Source: Naegleria gruberi
Lineage: Eukaryota
Strand: one strand, 5' to 3'
Length of the DNA: 64,000 nucleotides
Assembly: GCA_000004985.1 (NCBI GenBank)
Contig: GG738871.1
Under the pieces are notes generated by a model. It was not told where the DNA came from, did not search any database, and saw only the letters and a program-made list of their open reading frames with translations. The position numbers and the translations under genes are program-made. Positions 55,140 to 64,000 of this stretch are shown here, one piece after another (the first letter of the stretch is position 1; each line of letters starts with the position of its first letter).

Positions 55140-56787
55140 ATGAATTCAAATAGTAATACACAATTAATTTCTTCATCGGTTAGAGATCGGGAAATCTACA
55201 TCAACAATGGTATGCAAATAGCAACTCCAACAGCTATACAACAATTTTCATCATCAGTTCCGAATGATTACTATTTTGAAAAACGATCCTTCTACTCACA
55301 AAACAATTCCTCTTCTTCAACACCAACATCGTTAAAAACTGGAGAATTTATTTCAAATGCAGAAGTATTCATTAGTGATTGTCCTCTCATCAATCAAGTA
55401 GTCTTTGAAAAGTGGCTTCAGGGAGCTTCTATTGAACAAACATCAAATTTCCTCTTTGAAAAACAACGAGCATCTAGACAAGAATATTTTGCTAAATATT
55501 CATTCTTTATTGAAAATTATTTCAAATTAATTATTCATGAAGTTACCTATCAGTACAGAATATTTACAGATTTTCAACCTTATTTACAAAATCCTTCCCT
55601 TTTTATGAGTTGTAATACAATTTTACAAGTTGCTCCGAGTGTCAAACAATCACTCATTCAACAATATTTTGATTTTGATGAAAGAGTTTATAGAGAATTG
55701 ATGGGAAAGAAATTAACTTCAAAACTCAGAAGAGATTTGGAAGAAATTAGTGAAAGATGTAATATTGAAATTATTTCAGTGAGGAGACAATTTGACAATT
55801 TGAAAACAATATTTAAATTTATCAAAGCAGCTGCTTCCTCTTCATTGAGTGAATTTATTACTCTTCACAAACACGACAATGGTCAATCAATAATTGCAAG
55901 AATCATTCAGGAAAAATTCATGCTTTCTGAAAAGTTAGCAGAGTATGTATTATTAACTTTAAACATTTCAAATATTCACGTTATCTATTCGATAATTTAT
56001 AACAATAGGAAATATGCAACATTAGTTTTCATGATTTATCAAAGATTTGAACTCAATAAGAAGGTGATGAAGGATTTCAAATTCCAAGATATTTACTTTT
56101 TATGTTCACAAATTTTCAAACATTGGACCTATCATACTAAGGGAACTTCTGTCTCCTCTTCTATACCCAATGCCATTCTCAACCATACAAACACATCAAG
56201 TGTTGAAGTTTCTACAAGTCCAATAACAATAACTACAAGTATGAATGCTACAGGTGAGGAAGTACAAATTACAATATTCGATTCTCATCAAATAGCAATT
56301 GATTTTATGAAATTTAGAGATATCAAGACAATAATATTTTCAGATAAAATCAGACTGAATGAATATATTAAGAGTATAAAGAAGGAATTAGCAGATGATA
56401 AGGCATTTACTACTGATGTATTAGAAAGAATTGTAAGTCATTTCAATTTAACCATCTTGTAATCAATATAATAATTATTATAATTGTCTTTATAAATAGG
56501 ATGAAATTATAATCAACTCTTTAAAATCACTACTACAAATTGGCCAAGGATTAACAAAAGAAATGAGAGACATTTTCACAGATCTGTACGATAAATTCAT
56601 TGAACCTATTGAGGAGATTAATCTATCAGGTCACCAATTATTCCAATTGTTGGAAGCTGCACGTGAAAGTTTCTTAAAGATCTCAACAGCTAAACCACAG
56701 CATATTCAAAAGTATTACCCAACTTTCTCTTTGTACATGATGGTCATTAGGGATATCGTTGTGTACATGTACAAAAAGTTGCATTGA
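55140..56787 (+). CDS. Hypothetical protein, 2 exons (55140..56432, 56500..56787), ~526 aa
   Basis: GTAAGT donor after ...FTTDVLERI. A 67-nt intron ending ATAAATAG joins in phase to DEIIINSLKSLLQIGQGLTKEMRDIF.... No recognised domain. Confidence 0.45.
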
Positions 56788-56843
56788 AAACTTTGACAAG
56801 TCACAAGTCAACACAAGCTCAGAAAGGTATGAATAACTGGTAA

Positions 56844-59800
56844 ATGTCACCATCACACAACAAAAAAATGCTTGGAAGGCATTTGTTCAGCAAACGCAGT
56901 GGCAGTTTTGGAAGAGAGGATGGTGTCATTCTTTCGGGATATCTAGTAAGTTGTCAAATGCCACTTTAAAACCAATAAATTTCTTTAGCACAAGGTAACG
57001 TTCAATATTATTATTAAACTTCATCATCCCAACACACTCAACAACATTCTAGACTGGAAATGTGAATAAAATATGGAAAAAGGTATGTGTCCACAACAAT
57101 ATTTATTCACCAATTTTCGAATTCATATTCGAATGTGAACCAATCATGAACAGAGGTATTTTGAACTCAATAACGATCATACACTCTCCTACTACAAGAA
57201 CAAGGTAACAGGAGGTTCACCCAATAAGAAGGAGGAATTAAAACTTGGCACTTTAACTTTGGATCCAACCAACACGATTGTGGAAATATTTCATGAAAAG
57301 GAAAATTCGGAGGAGGTTTCATCACCTTCCACTTCTTCCTCTTTTAATAATTATTCATCATCACCATCGAATGGTTCAATGATGCTTGGAAATGGTTCAT
57401 TCTTTAGTTCAGCATCATCATCTTCTAGTTCATTGGCAACTTCACAAAATGGAAAGTCGAGTGAAATTGTCGTTTCTCCACAAATTTACGATGTGAAAAA
57501 GTTGAAAGAGGAGAAGGAATACATGCTAAACTCTAAAATGATTCAATGTATTTATAGGGAAAGGCAGAGGAAGCAGAGATCATTCAGGAAGGACAGAAAA
57601 CAAAGTGCATTTTCTAGAATTTCAACGAGATATCAACAAACACCAATTTCAAACTCACAAAATGAAATTCCAGGATCTGTTTCTTATTTAACATCTTCCC
57701 AATTGACTACAATGACAACCACTTCATCTACATCTTATTTCTTTTTGAAAAAAGTGAAAAAGTACAAATTTTCAATTACAGTAGGTAATAGTCAGAGTGG
57801 AGGAAAGGTCTATAAGGACAGGAAGTATACATTCTATTGTGAAACTGAAGAGGAAAGGGATATGTGGATTAAAGGAATTATTTCATCGATTGAGAAACAA
57901 GTTAAAGCTCAAATTAGAAAACCATATACATTCGAATCGATAAGACTTTATTCCAATTTCTTGGCATTTATTGGAGATGAGTCACAGGAAATGATTATTC
58001 ATGCCTTGAATAATATCAGATCACCAGTTCAAGAATCATTTTTGGTTGCTTGGATGGTTGTTATGGATTGCTTTTCATTTCACAAGGTTTGTACATTAGT
58101 TTTGATGATTACAATGATTTGTAATTTACAATAGTCATGTATTGGACTAGTTAAAGCAGCAATTAAGGTCGAACTGGAGCTGACAAAGCATCCAGAAACT
58201 CTTTTCAGAAGGTTTGTGTTGTTGGAAATATTAGCATTTCACTAATTGATCAATTAGAAATTCTATATCTACCAAATTAGTTCAATTGTTTTTCAAAATA
58301 CATGGTCAAGCTTTCCTAAAATCAACACTTCAACAACTCATTGCCAAAATTTGCATTGCCGATGAGTATTTGGAAATAGAGGAGAGTCGTCTGAGAGAAT
58401 TTTTAAAAAAGGAACTCGATGACATTGATCATCCAGAGAAACCAAATGGAGAAATTATTAATCAAATCATTTCATCGAGACAACAACGTAACAAGACAAG
58501 AATTGTTGACATTTCAAAACAATTTTTGAATAGAATCATTTCGAATACAATTAATGAGGGACCATTTGAAATTTGTGAAATATTGGAATTTACCTACGAG
58601 GAGAGTAAGAGATTATTCCCAGAGAGTGCAGAAATCGCAGTTGGTGGTTTATTCTTTTTGAGATTTGTCTGTCCTGCAATTATTTCACCCCATTTACAGG
58701 GAATTCTCTCATTCCAACCTCAAAGCAACTCCCAGAGAACTCTCACACTCATTACTAAAATCATTCAAAATATTGCCAATCAAGTTTATGAGAATAATAC
58801 CAAGGAAGAGTACATGGCACTGGTTTCAGAGTTTATTACTCAACACATTGAAAGTACGAAGGAATTTATCAGAGATATCAGTAGCTTGGATCAAGATGCT
58901 AAAAAGTTTGAAAAGAATAAGAGACTTACAATGAGGTTTGGTCAGTCCAATTCTGATTTGGAGTTGAATTGTTATCATGTCATTCACGAGTTTTTCAGAA
59001 CCACTGAGGATGGAAAGAAATTCAACACTCAAAATCCAGAACTTTTCAAATTTTACACCCGAATGTTGGACTCACTCAATGAGGATGTGAAGAGTGAGCT
59101 CAATGTAAACAAACCTCAAGAAAAACAACCTCCATCTACACCTCCACCAGAAGTCAAACCTAAAATTCCAAAAGAAACTTCACCTATCGATGCCAGTAAG
59201 AGAAGAAGAGGCGCTACCAAGCTGAATCAGGAACCTGCAATGATACCAAGTGAACCAAATATTCCTCGTGTGTTACCAACAACAGCTCCAATAGTTATCA
59301 ATTTTGATAGAATGAGCATTTCAGAGTCAAGATCGCCAATCGATACACGTAAGAGTGTTTCGAGCAGCTCAGAAGCACTTTCAACCTCTCGAAGAAGAAG
59401 AGGCGTTGTACACAATGTGAATGTCTTGAGTCCAGCAGATGATCATTCCAGTAGTCATAGAGAGAGTTTCAGTGTGACAATCGCTCATGAAATTGAAAGT
59501 GCAATCTCTCAACAAATTGATTCACCAAGAAAGGTTGACTCACCAAGAAAAGATACTCCAGTAATAACTCAAACGGAGAAAGAACCTACTCAAGAAACTA
59601 TTGCACAGGAATCACCAAAGAGTGAATCAGAATCAGACGATGATTTCAGTAACACTGGAGATGTTTCACTCCTTCAACAAATGAATAATTCAACCAGGTT
59701 GACCACTACTAAAACACAAGATGATGAACTAGAAAAGATTGTAATTCTAACCTCTTTGAATGGAGAAAATACTCCAATGAATGAAAGTGATGAAGCATTC

Positions 59801-60619
59801 ACGGCTGACACTCCAAACGATGCAGATGATAGAGAACTACTTGAACAAATTGTAAACACAACACGAATTACAACAAGTTCAATAGATATCGATTACATTA
59901 TTAATATGGAAGAAAAGAAGGAATCGGACTCTATTTCAGAATCGTCCAGTGATGATGAAGAGGAAGAAGTTTCTTACAACTTGTTAGAAATATTTGGAAA
60001 GGGAGAGGAATTATCTGAGGAAGAGTTTGTCAATCTCATCATTAAATATATTGACGAAAGTGGAAAGGAAATTATGTCTGAATGCCAAAGGGGCTCAGAT
60101 AGAATTCAATACCTCATTAAGAACAAGTTCATTATTGCCTTAATTGCCTTATTTTCACTTAGATTGAAAACTGATAAGGGTGTTTGGCAATTAGCTTCTA
60201 ACTTGTGTTCACTTTCTGAAAATGAGAGTTTAATTGAAGTTTCTAATGAATTAATTGGCTCATTTGAACTATTCAAGCAAAGACACTCTGAATTGGATCC
60301 TCACCAACAAGAGTACATTTGCTTCTGCTCATTCATTTGTAGAATTATCAATAAGGGAACACTATTCGAAACTCTGACCTATCTACTCAACGTTCAAGAA
60401 TTGGATTTGATTCTCTCCGAATATTATTCACACGAAAGCGATTACGATAGTGATGGTTATGAATTGGATAATATCGATTTACTTTCATTCCCAATTATTC
60501 ATACAAAAACTTCACTAATTTCCATTTGTGAACAATTATCATCCTGTTTACAAAAGACAATTTCACACAATTTTGAATTGGACTCTTCATTTGAATCGTG
60601 TAATCTTTCTTTCATGTAA
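56844..60619 (+). CDS. Ras GTPase-activating protein with N-terminal split PH domain, 5 exons (56844..56945, 57053..57082, 57154..58086, 58135..58211, 58258..60619)
   Basis: Exon 1 is ...EDGVILSGYL, exon 2 is TGNVNKIWKK and exon 3 starts RYFELNNDHTLSYYKNK, together forming a PH domain. RasGAP motifs TLFRR-NSISTKLVQLFFKIHGQAFLK and FLRFVCPAIISP. Introns of 107, 71, 48 and 46 nt with GTAAGT/GTATGT/GTTTGT donors; all phases consistent. The Ser/acidic-rich C-terminus is low complexity. Confidence 0.65.
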
Positions 60620-60651
60620 AATAAAAAACAAAAATTTATTTGAGAAGCAAG

Positions 60652-61200
60652 TTAACTTTCGTCTGGTTTAGCCTCAGATCCTGTTAAATATCTTCTGAAG
60701 AGAGTGAAAATTCCACATTCCACTCCAACTGCCAACACAACGAAAAGAATCGACCAAAGAAGAAACCTTTCCAGTTGATCCCTTATTTCATTATGCATAC
60801 AATAAAGACCCATATAGAGAGCTAGCGAATAAAACACAATAAATGAAATATGAAACGTGAGCGCAACAATATTCGAATTCAACAAACTCAACAATTTCTT
60901 TCCGTACGGATTTGAAATTCTGCACTCATCCAAGAAGGACATTTGTGCTATTAGAAACTTCATCACACCATGAATTGTAAAGAAGGAGAAGGAGAATAAT
61001 CGAACCGAATGTATGATTATCCAACTGAGGAGGACCATTAAATTGAATTCTTCGTATTTTCCATTTTTACAATCCAATTTTTTAGTGCACTTTCCACAAT
61101 CTCTAAATTTGGTTATGCTAATCCATCCCGAAAAATGCATTAATGAAAGAAGAAACAGAAACCAGACTAATCTTTGGAAATGCTCATAGAGTAGAGTCAT
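60652..61200 (-). CDS. Hypothetical multi-pass membrane protein, 182 aa
   Basis: ORF with 4-5 hydrophobic helices (LVWFLFLLSLMHF, LMVLLSWIIIHSVRLFSF, IVALTFHISFIVFYSLALYMGLY, LWSILFVVLAVGVECGIF). No recognisable domain. Confidence 0.35.
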   Translation of the reverse strand: MTLLYEHFQRLVWFLFLLSLMHFSGWISITKFRDCGKCTKKLDCKNGKYEEFNLMVLLSWIIIHSVRLFSFSFFTIHGVMKFLIAQMSFLDECRISNPYGKKLLSLLNSNIVALTFHISFIVFYSLALYMGLYCMHNEIRDQLERFLLWSILFVVLAVGVECGIFTLFRRYLTGSEAKPDES

Positions 61201-61764
61201 TTTTTATATTTTGTTTATTTTCATTTTGGAGGAGTTTTGTTAAATTTCCATTTTTGGAGGATTACTTTTTTTGATTGCATTTTCATTCTGCTTTCTCTTT
61301 GAGAATAAAAATCAACACCAAATGATACTTTTCAGATTTATTCCTCACAATCTGAATCCAATCTATTGCTTTTATCCTAAACTCAGTTGAAAGTTTAAAA
61401 AAAGTTGAAGGGGAAAGTGGCTTCGATCCACTGCCTCAGCATCATCATTGTAGGTGAAGAAACATCGTCCACATGCATGCGTTCTCCCATCTGAACTATT
61501 CACCTCCAACCATGAGTACAACCTTCCCAATACTTTGAACTCTGTCTTCTAAATGACCATGGTTTCAGATTGTGGTTTTAGAATTTTCAAAAAAAACTTC
61601 CATGTTCACACAACGTCATACCTAATGAATCAAAATCAAGAGCTCAAGAATAAAGAACATTCTTAGGATGAATAAATAGAACCCTATTTGAATGATATGA
61701 TTAGCAACCAATCAATTGAACTAACAGGATTTATGTACATGGTTGAGATTTCCACAATTTCTTC

Positions 61765-62883
61765 TTAATATCTATCCATCAAAAAATACTTTCCCTTGAT
61801 ATTAGAAACTCTCTTCTTGACCTCTTTTTTAATATTGGGATCTTTTATCAATGAAAACGATTCTGGATTGCTGCAAACAGCATAGGTCATTAGTTCAACA
61901 TTGGATAGAAATGATTCGTTCAAAAATTCTAAAACCATTCCATCTTTCTTAATAGCCATTGTTACAATTTCAATATTGTTCTTAATCTTGTCAGATGCAT
62001 ACTGTATAGAAAGTGGTGTATTCGAAATGGCTTCACTCACAACAAGTGGATTTCTTCTGAGCTGTTTCTTCATCTTCTCTAACATGTATCCATCGTGTTT
62101 TACAGTTACGAGGGCTATATCAATATCCTTCTTTAAACTGTCGTCAATGTAGATGTAACAACTTGGACTGATGGACATGGCTTGCAACACAAATTGCTTA
62201 TCCTTTCTAAACTCTTGGTAGGAGTTTTCAAAATGAAATGTATCTCCTTTTTTCATCATTTCTAATATTTGTGATTTTGAGTACATTCTAAACACCATTA
62301 ATCGGGAATAGAGTTTAGGCAAATGTGTAGATGTGTACAATGCAAGAAGGTATAGACCATCTACTGTTAAATAATCAATTCTACTGGTTGATTCATCTTC
62401 GGATTCTTCATCATCACTCAACTCTTCAGCACCAAAGATGGAAACTACAAATTGAACCATATAATCGTTCAATCCAGTAGTCTTTGGAGCAATAAAGTCA
62501 TTCAGATATGGTTCAAACACTTTATAGTTATGGTTGTTCAAATTATCAAAAATCCATCTGAATTGTTCACTTATTAATTGGTTTTTCTCTTTCAAAAGTT
62601 CGGATCCACAATTTCTGTCCAACAGACAAACAACCCCTCCATCACGATCATCAATATTAGCATCAGTAGATTTTCTTTTTAACAAGCTAGTTGGTGATTT
62701 GCAAAAGAAAGAAAAAAAGCAACCGGAAAAATCCTGGCTCTGGTTGAGCATTGAAAGATTAGTGTCGGCATTAGAACGTCCATGATCTGTAGAATTTTGT
62801 GAAGATTCTACGTTGGATTGGCGCTCTGATTGTTTTATCCTCTTGTTGCAACACACAGGTTCCTCCTTCCCTTGTCTTTTCAT
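61765..62883 (-). CDS. DUF4116-repeat protein (intact), 372 aa
   Basis: The C-terminal half has DUF4116-type units (QFVLQAMSISPSCYIYIDDSLKKDIDIALVTVKHDGYMLEKM...LSIQYASDKIKNNIEIVTMAIKKDGMVLEFL...VELMTYAVCSNPESFSLIKD). Single uninterrupted ORF. Confidence 0.55.
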   Translation of the reverse strand: MKRQGKEEPVCCNKRIKQSERQSNVESSQNSTDHGRSNADTNLSMLNQSQDFSGCFFSFFCKSPTSLLKRKSTDANIDDRDGGVVCLLDRNCGSELLKEKNQLISEQFRWIFDNLNNHNYKVFEPYLNDFIAPKTTGLNDYMVQFVVSIFGAEELSDDEESEDESTSRIDYLTVDGLYLLALYTSTHLPKLYSRLMVFRMYSKSQILEMMKKGDTFHFENSYQEFRKDKQFVLQAMSISPSCYIYIDDSLKKDIDIALVTVKHDGYMLEKMKKQLRRNPLVVSEAISNTPLSIQYASDKIKNNIEIVTMAIKKDGMVLEFLNESFLSNVELMTYAVCSNPESFSLIKDPNIKKEVKKRVSNIKGKYFLMDRY

Positions 62884-64000
62884 ATTTTTTTCAAATCAAT
62901 TGCAAACAATAAAACATGTCATTTTTCAACTTCTTTTCACCAAGAAACCAAAAAAATTTGTTCCTATTATTGAATAACACAAAACCAGTAGCAACACCAC
63001 ACCAATGATAAATCAGCTTCTAACTTTTGAGATGTTAATTGCTTCATTTCACTGATGAATTTGATTCCTTCATCACTAATTTGATTGTCAGCAATATCAA
63101 GTAATGTTAATTGTTTCATTTCTCTTATTAATTTGGCTCATTTTTTTACAAATTCGAAATGGGGACTATCAATAATGATTTCGGAAACAATTTTACAAAT
63201 CAAACTTGTGCTTTACAGCCACAAAACCTATCAAGCCATTGATGATGTTTGTATTGATGGCTTCCAATCTTGCTTTGGGCCGTTTCGAAGGACCTTGTGC
63301 AGTTGATTTTTTTATTTTTTCAAAAGTAAAAAAAGCGCGCCACTGCTTCCCTCAAAGGCTTCCATTCTCTCAACAACATGTTATTGTTGTGATGCTTATG
63401 TTGTGGCAATAAGCCTTCTCGGAACTGTAAAGTGGTATTTTAAATAATCGTTGGACGAATGAAAAACTGTAATGGATGGAAGTGAACAGATCAAATCACA
63501 ATCACACAATGAAGAGTTTATCTGTGAAAGAGGGATGGAAAAAGACAAATAGGGTTTGTTGCCTTTTCGCCTCGGTGCACTTTTTCATATGTGACATAGC
63601 CTATCTGCCTTGTAGTACGATGATATTAAAATCACATATGAAGCTTTATTGATTCTCGAGTCACTGCGTAGAGCACTTTATTCAATATATTTACAAGGCA
63701 AGTGGATGATTCATGTTTGATACCAATTGGTTAAGAGCTTGACAATTAGCTAACCACCTTTGAAAAACGTTCAACAATCATCTAAAAGCCTGACACCCTT
63801 AGAGTTTACCAGCTCGGTAATTTGGCTATTTCGGTTAATGCTTATACAAAATTGAAAGTGCCAAAATTAATATGTGAAAAATAATTGGATACCGCTTGCC
63901 AGTTGATTGTGATATGCCAAGTTTGAAGTTTGATTGTTGTCTTGACCCTCCACATTGAAAAAAACAAAACACATAGCACCTTGGTAGTAGATAACAATGA

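Noticed and set aside
63420-64000. ORF-free 3' terminal ~600 bp with somewhat higher GC than surroundings, considered for an ncRNA or snRNA gene
   Set aside because: No similarity to U1/U2/U4/U5/U6, SRP or RNase P/MRP consensus elements that I can recognise. Left unannotated.
1-64000. Prokaryotic, phage or mobile-element interpretation of the window
   Set aside because: Conserved proteins are only recovered after removing GT-AG introns. The tRNAs have eukaryotic features: a class-II Leu with long variable arm and a eukaryote-type tRNA-Glu. There are no Shine-Dalgarno or operon structure, and no transposase, integrase or reverse transcriptase ORFs were seen.

Overview
This window is eukaryotic nuclear DNA that is AT-rich, roughly two-thirds A+T by eye; that figure is not computed. 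It carries about 38 protein-coding genes on both strands, roughly one gene per 1.6 kb. The gene content looks like a free-living protist and most resembles Amoebozoa, for example dictyostelid-like genomes; that placement is inference and not verified.

Nothing here looks prokaryotic: there are no operons, no CRISPR arrays and no classical mobile elements.

Many genes are interrupted by short GT-AG introns. There is a class of very small introns, 39-48 nt, mixed with introns of 55-290 nt. Donors are GTAAGT, GTATGT or GTTTGT, and acceptors are mostly TAG, AAG or CAG. All splice sites were deduced by eye from reading-frame continuity and consensus, so treat them as approximate to within a few nucleotides.

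Confident calls:
- UDP-glucose 6-dehydrogenase.
- An EF-2-family GTPase.
- An ARF/ARL GTPase.
- A CMGC-type protein kinase.
- An equilibrative nucleoside transporter.
- A PH-domain RasGAP with 5 exons.
- A divergent CCT/TCP-1-type chaperonin with 5 exons.
- tRNA-Leu(CAA) and tRNA-Glu(UUC).

Gene families and unusual architectures:
- Two complete, very large type-I membrane proteins, each built as signal peptide, NHL-like propeller, 20-35 tenascin-type EGF repeats, Ser/Thr stalk and TM helix. The 3' end of a third, near-identical copy sits at the window start.
- Six F-box genes. They include a Ubl-F-box fusion and an F-box fused to a degenerate Rab-like GTPase. Some carry frameshifts.
- A protein with two tandem acetoacetate-decarboxylase-like domains.
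- A DUF4116 repeat gene next to a frameshifted DUF4116 pseudogene.
- Two secreted, extremely basic proteins that share [V/I]D[T/V]Y(G)KK repeats.
- Two truncated tRNA-like relics.
- The motif ATTCGAAAC, partly as the palindrome GTTTCGAAAC, recurs 50-100 bp upstream of several start codons and inside 5'-proximal introns.
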